DNA of 63,772 bases, filler included, from Octopus bimaculoides (lineage: Eukaryota): NCBI RefSeq assembly GCF_001194135.2. It is 4 parts of 4 records of this genome, joined end to end, with 100 filler letters (N's around TTAATTAATTAA, not from the genome) between each part and the next. Parts side by side here need not be neighbours in the genome. Positions count along the whole stretch, not along the records: positions 1 to 27,702 come from NC_068988.1; 3 more parts are not named here. The stretch is one strand, 5' to 3'. The position numbers were made by a program, and so were the translations under genes. The notes beneath the pieces were generated by a model. The model was not told the origin of the DNA and searched no databases. It saw nothing but the letters and a program-made list of their open reading frames with translations. Every line of letters begins with the position of its first letter. Within the stretch, counting starts at the first letter, position 1. Below are positions 13,229 through 26,160 of this stretch, in pieces.

Positions 13229-14118
13229 GTGTGTATGTGTGTGTGTGTGTGTTTGTCCCCCCCCCCCAGCATCGCTTGACAACCGACGCTGGTGTGTTTA
13301 CGTCTCCGTAACTTAGCGGTTCGGCAAAAGACACTGATAGAATAAGTACTAGGCTTACAAAGAATAAGTCCTGGGGTCGATTTGCTCGACTAAAGGCGGT
13401 GCTCCAGCATGGCCGCAGTCAAACGACTGAAACAAGTAAAAGAGTAAAAGAGAGAGAGAGAGTAAAGTAAGAATATTACATTGTACCACGAACGTGTACC
13501 AGACTTTGTGGATTGTCTATATCTGTTGAACAAGAACTTAGCTATCCGCTTGATTATTCTGAACTGATCGATGATTTCGCGAAGCGAAAAGTGCTTCGTG
13601 TTTGTCTTTGAAATTTACCTGGATTATAAACGCGCTCTTTTATTCATATCTGGAAGTTTTACTAAATGAAATTTGTAATAGACACAAATTTAATTTGTTG
13701 TACTTTTAAAGATGTTCTTTAGGATAACGGGAAATATCGAACTTCGGATGGAATGAAGTAAAATATAACTATGAATAAAAAGATGTGTAGATTATGAATT
13801 TTGATTGAAGGGATGGGGCCTCGAAACAAAAAGCTGCAAGGGGCCTCTATAAGTCACGTGCAAAGAATACTTGATATAGTTCACATTATTTAAAGAAAAA
13901 ATTTTCGTACATGTTATTATCTATCTAAATTTTTTTTTTTTTTTTTCAAAACCAGAATGACACAAACCTTTTGGAAAGAAGTTTTCGTATTGTGAGAAAA
14001 CGCTTTCCGTTAAACAACAAAAGCGCTTACATACAATACTGAAACTTCTTTCCAAAAGTTGATGCCTGTTTTTTAAATAAGCTTTTTTAAAGTCTGTCTG
14101 TCTGCCTGTCTGTTAGTA

Positions 14119-14460
14119 TGATCATCATCATCGTCATCATCCAATCGCGCTACTTGCACGGATTCCTGTGACTCTCCGTCGGCACCCAATTCTATTATTC
14201 TTATCTGAATTGGGAGCTTGAGTCATAATGAACCTTTCATTAGCTGATTACGTAACCATGGAGCCGCCCCTATGGATGTAATGCAGTTACTATCTTGATA
14301 GAGCTTCGTGATCCTGACCATTGATCCTCTAGGATTCCTCTGCTCGGCATCAATGTAAGAAGCACCGAAGCCTCTTTACAACAATCCACCATGCTGCAGT
14401 CCAATGACCTCTCCGTGTCTCTCACAGTGTGGCTGAACGGGTGCTATGCCTTGCCAAAGG
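14119..14460 (-). mobile_element. Possible LINE 3' end remnant with (GAT)n tail
   Basis: (CAT)n run at 14119-14140 followed by GC-richer sequence whose minus translation has a degenerate GHC.RH-like motif; weak. Confidence 0.35.
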
Positions 14461-14713
14461 GCAACCCATAACTATGCAGGGCACGATTGTCATTCCGTGA
14501 GATAATTTCAAAATACCCACATACGCACGTATGTACAATGGGTACGACAAAAAATACATCTGGTAGTGGTGGTCGTGGTGAGGAGGAGACTGCAGTTCAG
14601 GGGTTGGGGGGGCCTGGAGTTAAGCCTTAATTACTATTACTCCCAGGCCCGTTCTTAGCCGAAACGATAGTAGCTGTCAGGGTTCCATCTATGGGTTAAA
14701 CAGATCTCTCAGT

Positions 14714-14752
<39 letters not shown>

Positions 14753-15472
14753 CATACATACATACATATATGTATGTATGTATATATATCTTCTTGCAAT
14801 ACTTGGCAGTGGAACCTACTATGACGACCGAGAGCATGACAAAATTATTTGAACAAGCTTTTGTCACTTAAATCTAATGATGTACAGATGCCTCACTAAC
14901 GTCAGATGGCTATTATATGACATGAGGGATGTGTGTGTGTGTGCATGCGCGCGCGAATGTGCGTGTACTATATATATGTGTGTGTATATATATATATNNN
15001 NNNNNNNNNNNNNNNNNNNNNNNNNNNNNNNNNNNNNNNNNNNNNNNNNNNNNNNNNNNNNNNNNNNNNNNNNNNNNNNNNNNNNNNNNNNNNNNNNGAG
15101 AGGTACAACAGGATGAAAGATATGTGTGGAAGAGGCATTGATCCGCCAGGAGCTGCGGTGGAATTTGATGAATTGAATTGCCAACAGTGCTGGAATTAAA
15201 AGATCTTGAACCTTTCATGAGATATTAAAATAGGAAAATAAAAAGTAAAATTGTTTTATGAAAGTGAAAAAAGCAAAAAATAAGTAAAAATTGTTTTATT
15301 TTATAAAAAGAGAAAAAAACGATGATAAAGGAAAAAAACAAAGGAAAAATGAGCGATTACAAACAGTGCATTTAAACGTTCAAATGGTACTGCATGAGAG
15401 TGGGGCTCATGCAGCCATTTCATTATTATATAACATCTTCATTTTCATTCGTTTTATGTTTTCTGTCCCCAC

Positions 15473-17150
15473 TGTGGTGGTGTTCTGCCTGTCCTTGTGC
15501 TGTCCCCTCTGTGTAATGTTCGTAGTGCCAAAATAAAGAAAGCGTACGTAGTAGGCGGTCAGAGATAGTCGTGTCTTTACTGGTTTTTCTAAGTATACTG
15601 TATATATATACCAAAGTGTTATAACAATCCAACATTTTAAGGATTACAACAGTGGCGACAAGGATTTTAACAACTCGCGATGAATTAATAAACTCACAAA
15701 AGTGTTTGCTGTGCGAATTTTACGAAATAAATCTTAAAATTATGGAAAATTTGTTGGTCGGTTTGCTCGAGTTGCAAAAACAGCAACAACAGCAGCAGGT
15801 ACAACTGCAAGAACAACAATTGAAGCAACTACAACACCACCAGCAACAACTGAAAGAACAACAACAGCAGCAGATACAATTGCAAGAGCAACAACAGAAG
15901 CAACAACAAATAATATTACAGCAACAAATGCTGCAATTTCTGAAGTCGTTATGAAAGTCAGAAAAAGTGTTCTCGACAGACTGTGTCGCGAACTCCATAA
16001 CAGAGTTCAACTACGAACCTGACGAAGGAGTTACCTTCGAAGCATACGACAGAGGATATGAGCAAATCTTCGAGAAAGAATTTAAAAATTGGGACGATGA
16101 GACGAAAACGCGCTTAATCTTGAGAAAACTGGCGGCAACAGAACATGACCGATACAGTAACTATGTATTCTCAAGAAAACTTTCGGACATAGACTTTAAT
16201 GACACAATAGATATATTGAGTAAAATTTTCAGTGAAAAAGGTTCATTGTTCAAGACACGTTGGATGTGTCTGAACATAGAGAAAAACAACGATGAGGACT
16301 ACATCACATATGCTGGTAGAGCAAACAGGGTATGCGAGAAGTCGAAGCTGGACGAATTAACGCCTGATATGTTCAAATGCCTGATTTTTTATACAGAGAC
16401 TAACTGTCGAAAAGGACACAGAAGTTAGAACTAGAATTCTCGCAAAGCTGGAACAAAACCAGTAAGTAATCCTACAATAGATGTCTGAAGAATGTGAAAG
16501 AATAGTCAAATTAAGTAAAACCAGTGCGAAATAGTCAGAATAGAGATAATGCGTTTTTTAAAAAACACGACAAAAATCAGGAAATAAACCCATGTTTTGC
16601 ATGTGGAGGTATACACCCGAGTAAAATTTGTCCATTTCAAAAAGCGGAGTGCTTTCGTTGTGGAAATATAGGACATATAAAGATGCACTGTAGAACTAAG
16701 ATGACAAAACGTCAGAACAAAGGAAAAAGAATTAATATGTCATCGGAAGAAATTGGTAATATAACGATGAGGAAATTCGTAAATGTGAAAATCAGAAATA
16801 CAAGTGTTAAAAGGCGGTTGGACACTGGTAGTGATATCGCCACTATAAACGAAAAAATCTAGGAAATATGTCGGTAAGCCGAAATTGATTAAATCGAAAA
16901 TGGTAGCACATGGTATTAAGGGAAAAAGATTATAGTTTTTCAGCACATTCGTATGTAATGTAACATTTCGAGGTCAAACAAAAAGGCAAAGATATATGTT
17001 AAAAATTTCATTTAATTTATTCGGCACAGACTGGATGGAACTATTCAAAGTAGGGAATACTCCCATGAGTGTTTTGTGTGGAAATACAGTTGGTTCAGTC
17101 GAAAGTGCGAATGCGGCTGAGAGACTGAAACAAAAAATTTCAGTAGAACA
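15473..17150 (+). mobile_element. Decayed Gypsy/Ty3 LTR retrotransposon 5' half: LTR, PBS, gag, protease; RT and integrase absent
   Basis: LTR-like segment ends ...tacaaca at 15651 (5' boundary uncertain). PBS TGGCGACAAGGAT from 15653 is complementary to the tRNA-Ser(GCU) 3' end with one mismatch. Gag starts at ATG 15742 (polyQ coil, SITEFNYEPDEGVTFEAY...), followed by zinc knuckles CFACGGIHPSKIC and CFRCGNIGHIKMHC and protease LDTGSD. Stops and frameshifts are present. Confidence 0.9.
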
Positions 17151-17214
17151 GAATGGAACACCTGATGTAGGCCAAACAACCTTCAACTCATTTGATATAT
17201 CATTAAGAGGGAGT

Positions 17215-18040
17215 TAACAAGCCTGGCGTTTGCGGGATTCTTTTCAATTTGGATCAATCAAAAGCATTCGTTAAGTTGTCAGCCGTCCTCAAGGCAGTTA
17301 GTTTCGATCCCGTTTTCAGAGGTGGGATTGTTTCAATTTATAGCAACATAGTCAGAATAAATGGTCACCTGTTGAAACTGTTTCGGAGTAAGGATGGCCG
17401 CATTCATTTCTTTCGTATGTACTGACTACCGATCTACAGCAAGAGGGTGTTGAGGGACATCCTGCTCGAACTGGGATGCGGAAGAACTTCGTCAGCAATT
17501 ACTGATAATGTCTCCTTAATAATGTTGAATACTGCTAAAATCAGAACCGAATTAAATTAATACGAGGCGATGACTGGGGTAAACATTAACCCGGGAGGGC
17601 AAGTGGATTTGCAGGTCAGCAGCTAAAGAGGCAAGTTCATTGTCTGACAGTATCGCGAGGTGCTGAATAGATAGACTGGTTTAAATTGCTTGATGTTTGG
17701 TTTGATTCGGACTCTTGGGTGGATGGCCAGGCAATGAGCANNNNNNNNNNATTGTCCCATCTATGTATGATATTTTATTATCGTAATAAAGAGAATTGGC
17801 CAGGCAATGAGCAGCGAGGTCGGTCGCACTCAGAAATGGGCTGAGAAGTTCTGCTGGAATAGTCTGGTAAAGGTGATAAACTTTTGTATCACCACCGCTT
17901 CTCCCCCGTGCTTTACTCCGCCTTTCTCCAAGCGTCACGTGGTTCATCTGCAGTCAACATCCTCCGTACTGAGGGCTCTGTGGGCCGTGGTTACTGATGC
18001 GCAGATGTGCGCTGAAACTACAGCATCTACAAAGATTCAC
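17215..18040 (+). mobile_element. Degenerate Tx1/L1-clade LINE reverse transcriptase fragment
   Basis: Piecewise translation gives LFNLDQSKAF, AVLKAVSFDPVFRG, VRINGHL, a degenerate SAYADDVS-like site, YEAMTGVNINP, TQKWAEK and PWLLMRRCALKLQHLQRF. Confidence 0.75.
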
Positions 18041-20389
18041 TTCATCATCGTCTTCATCATCACCATCGTCGTCGTCATCATTATCACCACCATCATCATC
18101 ATCATTGCTGTCGTCGTCATTGTCGTCATCACCATCATCATCATTATCATCATCATCTTCATCAACCATTAAACATCATTACTATCTCGAGTCCTAGAAC
18201 TCGTAGAGCCGGTTACTCAGTTTCCACGGCATACAAGGGACCGACTTTACAACATTCCTCCGGAAGGGGTTACTCATTTTCCGCTGAGTAAACTGGAGCA
18301 ATATCAAAATAAAGTGTTTTGTTCAAGACCACAATACACCGCCAAATGCAGGAATTGAAACCATGATCTTGGAAGCGTGAGTACAACACATTAAATATCA
18401 AACGACGCGCCTTCACAAAGATTCAGTCTGAAATGCGTGTAAAATGACAAAGCCGTTTCGCACGTATTTGGTCAGTGTTCTAGCATTATTGATTTGGCGA
18501 GTTTCGTCAAACAGTTGTGGTCACATGTCGGACGGATCCATATGTCAGCCGACACTATCTTAAAGATCGCCCTATCACCTTCTTTTAGCTGAGAAGGGCA
18601 GGAATTTTGCCCTCAGTCAGGTGGTTATAGCGAAGACGGTTATGTGGTGTACAAGACTGACACGATTGAACACAAACTCATTTCTCTTCGGTCAAATCCT
18701 TAGCAATTTCTTTTAAGTTTCCTTTCAGGACGAGAGTGATGACGAAATGAGTGGTGCTGTCCCTCTGTAAAATCTGTTGAAAAGGAAGTAAAAGTGGTAA
18801 GCATAGTGCAGGTAAAACAAACTTACATTGAGCATAAGCTTCTAAGCAGGAAATTGTCATTTAAGGAGAAAGCTCTTATCCTTGGTGGCCAGGGGGAATT
18901 AAGGTTTGCGAGAAATTCCTAAAATTAGTTTTAGGCAGCTGAACATCTTACAGGCTGTTAAAATTTTCTTATTACCTGTATTTTATTGCAGGTTTTGTCG
19001 TTCTATCAATGAAAGTTGACATTGTTTCTCCCGATAGAATTTATTGTTGTTTTTGTTGTTAATCCATTAGAATGTAGGAGCTTTTGTTGCTGTTGTGGTG
19101 GTGCTGGTCGTCGTCGTAGTGGTACGGGAGAGGTAGAAGTGCTCTTGTTTTTGTCCCAATAAAAGTTTTTTGTTGTTGTCGCCATTGTTGTGCTGATGGT
19201 GGTAATAAGCATGATTCCTGTAGAAGTTGTTGCCATTGTTTTTGTCCCAAAGAAAATTATTTTCGTCCCAATGAAAGCTGTTGTTGCTGCTGCTGCTGCT
19301 GCTATTATTGCTGTAGTTATTATCCTAACAGAAGATCAATGCTACAATTCCAACCAAAGTATCACAGAATGCCTTCAGTTCGTATAGGTTTGAAATCTGA
19401 AAATTTTGAGCGAGAAGAACTTGGCCATGAGGACCGAATGTCTTGGTTAAGTTTGGTTGTTGAGTAATCTAAATTCCATTGGAAACCTGGTTCCATATTG
19501 GAAATATTACTTTAGTGGAACCTTCAGTCTTCATTCATTTTTTGTCTTCATTCATTTTTTGTCTTCATTCTCTGTCTCCCTCTCTCTCTCATTGCCTACC
19601 TGTCTCTCTTCTCCTCTTCCGTCTCTTCCCCTCTCTCTCTCTCTCTCTCTCTTGCTCACACACTTACTCTCTCATTCACTCTCTTTCTACCTCACTGTCT
19701 TTCTACTTCTCTCAATTATACACACTCTCTCTTTCTCTCTTACATAATTTCACTATAATTCTCTTTTTCTCTCAAACACACACACTCTCTCTTTCTAACT
19801 CTCTCTCTCTCTAATTCTCTCTCTCTCTCTCTAACTATCTCTCTTTCTAACTCTCTCTCTCTCTCTCTAACTCTCACTTTCTCCCCCTGTCTCTCTAACT
19901 CTCTCCCTCTAACTCCCTCCCTCTCCCTCCCTCCCTCCCTCTCTCTCTTTCTATTTTTCTTTCACATGCACTCACTCTCGGACACATGCTCTGTCCTTCT
20001 TATCATCTCCCTACCTCTCTCTCTCTCTCTCTCTCATCTATCTTTCTCAATTCTTCTCTTTCTCTCTTCCTCTCTCCCCCTCGCTCTCTTATACTGTCTT
20101 TCTTTTTCCATGTTTTCTAGTGTTTTGTTTGTGTATGAATGACATAACCAATATCACCATCACCATCATCATCATCATCTTTATCATCAGCAGCAGCATA
20201 ATCATCATAATCCTCCTCCTAGTCATCATCATCATCATCATCATCATCACCATTACAAACCACCACCACCACCACCACCACCGGTAGGTTGAAAACCATG
20301 TACCTGTCTTTCCAGTCTTTCTTAGCCTCTCTTCCACACATCCACCATATTTTAGTCCCCCCCTCTTTCCCTCTTCCTCCCTTCCCCAT

Positions 20390-20700
20390 TCATTTTAGCC
20401 ATCCATTAACAATCTCTGTAAACCACATTTTGCTAATTAAGTGTCCAAAAATTTTAGTCTTCTCTCCTTTGAGGGTGCTTCCTAATAAAACTTTCTTTGT
20501 GTTTGCCATTATTTTTAGCACATCATCAGCGGCCTTGTTCTTCTGTCCATGCTATTCTCAAAAGTCGCTTCTAGGCTTACATCTCAAAGTATTTTATGAT
20601 TCTCTTCTTAATATCTCTCTTTTAGTTCTGTATCATACAGTCAGCCATAAATTACATTTTAATAACATTTCTATGGTCTTGATATTAATCTCTGTTCATT
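20390..20700 (-). mobile_element. RTE-like LINE, post-RT C-terminal remnant
   Basis: Minus translation gives degenerate LLKCNLWL, KRLLRIAWTE, DDVLK and FFGHLI motifs typical of LINE ORF2 C-termini. Confidence 0.6.
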
Positions 20701-21262
20701 AAGTGCAGGAATGGCTGTGTGGTAAGAAGTTTGCTTTTCAACCACATGGTCTTGGATTCGGTCTCACCGCATGGCAACTTGAGCAAGTCCTGAACTGACC
20801 AAAACCTTGTAAGTAGGTTTGATTGATGGAAACTAAAAAGAAAGGCATCATACACACACACACACACACACAGACACACACACACATAGACACATACACA
20901 GACACAGACACACACACACACACACACACACAGGCAGACACACACACACACACACATACACAGACACACAAACACAGACACAGACACACACATACAAACA
21001 CACATACACGCAGNNNNNNNNNNNNNNNNNNNNNNNNNNNNNNNNNNNNNNNNNNNNNNNNNNNNNNNNNNNNNNNNNNNNNNNNNNNNNNNNNNNNNNN
21101 NNNNNNNNNNNNNNNNNNNNNNNNACACACACACACACACACATACACAGACACACAAACACAGACACAGACACACACATACAAACACACACACACACAC
21201 ACACAGACACACAGACACACGCACACACATACACACACGAGTTAAAGAATGGAGTAGATAAG

Positions 21263-21604
21263 ATCTGGGTTACATATGTTCCATAGCTAGCGGAATCTGA
21301 GAAGAGAAAAAATATCCAGGCGAGGTGTATACCACAGGCTACTCTTCAAGCCAAGGATATCTTGATGAAATGAAGCTTACATTGTCGCAAGGAGGTACAT
21401 GTCAGCATACAGGCAATTTGATCAGAATCTAATTCGATTAGGGCATGATCGAACCACCTGTGTGTTGACATGCACCTCCTTGTGACAATGTAAACTTCAT
21501 TTAATCAAGATACCCTTGGCCTGAGGAGTAGCCTGTAGTATACACCTCACTTGGATATTTACTACTTCTGAGGTTCCACTCGCTATGAAACATGTGGCCT
21601 AGAT
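21263..21604. repeat. ~340-bp imperfect fold-back inverted repeat
   Basis: aaatatccaggcgaggtgtataccacaggctactcttcaagccaagg pairs with ccttggcctgaggagtagcctgtagtatacacctcacttggatattt; short central spacer near 21425-21447. Confidence 0.85.
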
Positions 21605-23014
21605 ATTATCTGCTTCATTCCTTAACTTTTGTATTTTATTCACATACCTGGCAACCCTGCCTGCCTGCTGTGAAATAAAAAGCATTTTTTTCAGCTTACC
21701 ATACTTCAATATTGAAAACATCTACAACCCTCCACCTCAATAAACCATTATTGTTCCTGAAAGTTGTTTTTTTATATTTTCTATGGTTTGCTTGAAGCTA
21801 ACCTTCTTCCTACACCTTGATCCTTGAATCTTACGCATGCACAACAAAAACGCAATAGAGGACATTAAAATATTCGGACAGATAGACGATACAAAGGCGA
21901 ACAAGAGAAACAACAATTAGGACAGGCAAATATATATCAATATTTAGCAGGAGTATCAGTCACTCAAGGTCTGAGAGTATCATGTATTGGCACTTATCAA
22001 GAGCAACTTGAGTCTCTCTGTTTCTTCTGCTAAACATTAATAAAAATATATTTATACTCGTATTTTGAGTTCCATTTTTTCCTGTTTGCACCCCCCCACA
22101 CAACGCACACACACACACACNNNNNNNNNNNNNNNNNNNNNNNNNNNNNNNNNNNNNNNNNNNNNNNNNNNNNNNNNNNNNNNNNNNNNNNNNNNNNNNN
22201 NNNNNNNNNNNNNNNNNNNNNNNNNNNNNNNNNNNNNNNNNNNNNNNNNNNNNNNNNNNNNNNNNNNNNNNNNNNNNNNNNNNNNNNNNNNNNNNNNNNN
22301 NNNNNNNNNNNNNNNNNNNNNNNNNNNNNNNNNNNNNNNNNNNNNNNNNNNNNNNNNNNNNNNNNNNNNNNNNNNNNNNNNNNNNNNNNNNNNNNNNNNN
22401 NNNNNNNNNNNNNNNNNNNNNNNNNNNNNNNNNNNNNNNNNNNNNNNNNNNNNNNNNNNNNNNNNNNNNNNNNNNNNNNNNNNNNNNNNNNNNNNNNNNN
22501 NNNNNNNNNNNATATATATATATATATATATAGGAGAGAAAGAGGAAGAGATTTTTTGTATAATATATGGACACATGGTCTATTGGTAAGGGTGTTGCAT
22601 TCATGATTGCAAGATCATGGTTTCAATTCCTAGACCAGGTGGTGCATTGTGCTCTTAAGCAAAGCACTTCATCTCACATTGTTCTGTGATCACTTTGGCA
22701 CCTGATGTGTGGTATACAGTGCACCTGTTCAGACAACGTTGATTTAATGGAGAGAGTGATCTAATGTACAGTACATACATTCGACCTCTATAAACAAATT
22801 GTTTGTGCAGGTTGTTCAGCAAAAGCTGAACACTCTTATGTTGTCTTCAATGGTAGAGACCTCATATAGATTAATAGAATCTTTTGGCTATTACAGACAG
22901 CTCCTCTTATGGATCTGGCTATCATACCACATAGTAATTAAATATGAAGGAATATAACACAGAATTCTATACAACTGAAATCCAGGAGATCTTTTAGATG
23001 AAATTATTCTCCTA

Positions 23015-23480
23015 AGGCACCCCAACAATTCCACACCCAACAATTCAGCACAAGGACAATTCAGCACATCGTGTTTATGTGTATATGAAATTTAATTTAA
23101 TTTATTTCATAATTAAAATTTCTAAACTTTTCTACTTCGTCATCACAAGCTTGTTGGTATCTCAACAAACACTGAAGAAGTTTTAGTTTTTAAAAATGTT
23201 GGTAGTAAAAGATACCAAAGAAGTTGTAATGTTTAAGATTGTTAACACTAACAACCATTGAATAAATGGTAGTGTTTTCAATTGTTAATAGTCCAAAATC
23301 CATTTTTTTGCTCTTTATACGAGTATACCATTTCATTACTGGTACATCTAATGATGTCCTAAGAAGAATGATTTAAGATAAAATAGATTAAATTAGATTT
23401 CAAATACACATTAACACTGAATTGTTTTGTGCAGAATTGTCAGCAGTGAATTGTTGGCCCTGAATTGTCATGCATGGAAT
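23015..23480. mobile_element. Degenerate TIR element with subterminal CAATTC/GAATTG repeats
   Basis: The left end carries repeated caattc(a/c)gcac units and the right end carries repeated gaattgtc/gaattgtt units in inverted orientation. No TSD resolved. Confidence 0.45.
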
Positions 23481-23550
23481 TGTCTGTCCACGCTCTGCCA
23501 ACATGCATGCTACACAATGTACAATACAGTTGTACATTTACAAGCCAATG

Positions 23551-23805
23551 TATTGGGTTGGTGCATAATTATTGTTGCTTCTTTTCAACAAATTTTATTC
23601 AACAAAAACAATAACAATATTTAACAAAAACATCTTTAAATGATGCTCTGACCGTCTGCCAAGCAAATAAGAAGCAGTAAAAGAAGTAGATGGTGAATAT
23701 GCTCCGGAATAATCATTTAAAGATGTTTTTGTTACATGTTGTTATTGTTTTTGTTGAATAAAATTAGTTAGAAAAATGCTGCAATTATTATGCACCAACC
23801 CAATA
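23551..23805. mobile_element. Mariner-type MITE (fold-back)
   Basis: TA-ttgggttggtgcataat ... ttatgcaccaacccaa-TA; inverted arms extend ~90 bp inward. Confidence 0.85.
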
Positions 23806-24390
23806 TGTAGATAAAGAAGGCTAGCTCTTCGGACCACCAGAATATCATACACCAATGCTTCACATTTGTTTATACATAAAAAACCTTTTTTATATATACA
23901 ATGTATGAAAGACTATAGCTTGGCATGGTCATTAAATACTAAATATAAATAATAAATATATTTTGCACCATATCAATTAAGATACTGGATTTAAGTTTAA
24001 AGAACTGACATCCTTAATATAAAAAAACAGACAGGAAAGCAATAAAAGAGGAAGTGAAGTTGTTAAATTAAATAAAAAATTGTTTTGAAAGTGTTTAAAA
24101 ATACATATAAAAAATATATAATATACATGAATTCAATAGAGAACAGACAACCAGAGATATAAGATTAAACCAAGTGATCTTTTTAAGCAACAGTTATTTT
24201 CAAATAGTGTTAAAAGGTGAAAAAACCTCCAAATACATTCTGTCTCAATAAACTGTTGCGAAAATAAAACAATAATCAAGCCTACATAGAAGTAGATACA
24301 TATACACATTTAATATACTAGAGAACACACACACAAATATGTATAGATTATGAATGTGTGTATATACATATAAACATTAATATACTAGAG

Positions 24391-24450
<60 letters not shown>

Positions 24451-24469
24451 NNNNNNNNNNNNNNNNNNN

Positions 24470-24511
<42 letters not shown>

Positions 24512-25929
24512 CCATCACACCCAAATGGGATTGAGTGTGAGTTATCTCTCTTGTCCATGACATGACTCTAAAATGTTTTAACACCAGTGACATGACAGTT
24601 ATATACTCTGCTATACCATTGCAGCCACCGGAAAATACACAAGGCATATACACTAATGCATCTTATATCTCTCACCTAAACAGGACACTGGTTTATTTTT
24701 GCCAGCTGAATGAAAGAATGTGAAATGAAGTGTTTTGCTCCAGAACAAAATACATTGCACAGCCCAGAAATTGAAACTATAATCTCACAGTCATGGGTGC
24801 AACTCTCTAGTTACCAAGCCATATGTCTTCACACTCACACACATATATGTATGTATGTATGCATGTATACATGTATGTGTGTATTTAAGTGTGTATGTGT
24901 GTATTTAAGTGTGTATGTGTGTATTTAAGTGTGTATGTGCATCTTTGTCCCCTACCACCTCTTGACAACTGGTGTTGGTTTATTTATATCCCTGTAACTT
25001 AGCAGTTCAGCAAAAGAGACCGACAGAATAAGTGCCAAGCTTAAATGAAATATAAGTTCTTGTGTTGATTTGCTCAACAAAACCTTTCAAGGCAGTGCCC
25101 CAGCATGGCTACAGTCAAATGACTGAAACATGTATAAGATAAAAGATACGAAATAAAAGATGATCTTAAACTACTTTTCTAGCTCTCTTAATCCAACTTA
25201 TCATTCTTGCTTCACACTTTCTGTTTTCTGATTCAGTATATATCCATCCAATCTTTATTATTTTTGTTATACTTGGTGATGGTCATATTTTGCTAATCAA
25301 ACACATGCACTATACACTTCGTCTTCATTTCAGCTTTATTATTATCTTAGTTTTTTTGTCAAAGCTCTTTCATCACACATCCTGTGACCTCATCAGTGAC
25401 TCACTATCCCACACATCTCTTATTCTGCATATTCCATTTTGTTTTTCTGTGGTATTATTATCTTTATTCTTTGTTTGTGGCGGCGTGATGGCCAAGTGGT
25501 TAGGGCAGTGGACTCACGGTCGTGGGATCATGGTTTTGATTCTCAGACTGAGTGATGTGAGTGTTTATTGAGCGAAAACACCTAAAGCTCCACGAGGCTC
25601 TGGCAAGGGATGGTGTCGAGCCCTTCTGTACTCTTCCACCACAACTTTCTCTCACTCTTTCTCCCTGTTTCTGTTGTGCCTGTAATTCAAAGGATCAGCC
25701 TTGTCACACTCTGTGTCATGCTGAATCTCCCTGAGAACTATGTTAAGAGTACACATGTCTGTGGAGTGCTCAGCCACTTGCACATTAATTTCATGAACAT
25801 GCTGTTCTGTTGATTGGATCAACTGGAATCCTCATTGTCGTAACTGACAGAATGCCACAATTGTTTGTTTAATTAACTTTCTCTTAGTTGTAATATTCAT
25901 TTATGGTGACTTGGTGACTTGTTTCATGT

Positions 25930-26160
25930 TGCTTACCATTGATTTTCTTTTCTTTATATTCATTTCTATTCTACAGGACATTTCTTTGTCAGTTACAAGG
26001 CTTTATAGATCAGTTCTTTTGAAAGTTAATAACGTGCTATTAACTATTCTGTTGGCGTCCTTAGCATGTCTTCTATTTGTCTAAATATTTTATCAGTGCA
26101 AAGGTTAAATAAACCAGAGAATAGTACACAGCCTTGCTTGATGCCTTTCCTAATTTTAGA
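25930..26160 (-). mobile_element. RTE-like LINE RT remnant
   Basis: Minus translation KIRKGIKQGCVLFSGLFNLCTDKIFRQIEDM corresponds to the RT motif GVRQGC.LSP.LFN. Confidence 0.72.

Noticed and set aside
15652-15741. GTG start of track ORF 15652-15954
   Set aside because: The GTG overlaps the PBS and reflects bacterial start rules; the plausible gag ATG is at 15742.
18729-18770. Plus-strand terminal exon DESDDEMSGAVPL-stop after a good acceptor
   Set aside because: No upstream plus-strand exons found; too short to support.
20685-22604. Long ORFs of CV/HT/YI repeats and X runs (also 29-30 kb, 33 kb, 49-50 kb, 61.7-63 kb)
   Set aside because: Dinucleotide microsatellites and N gaps read through by the ORF finder.
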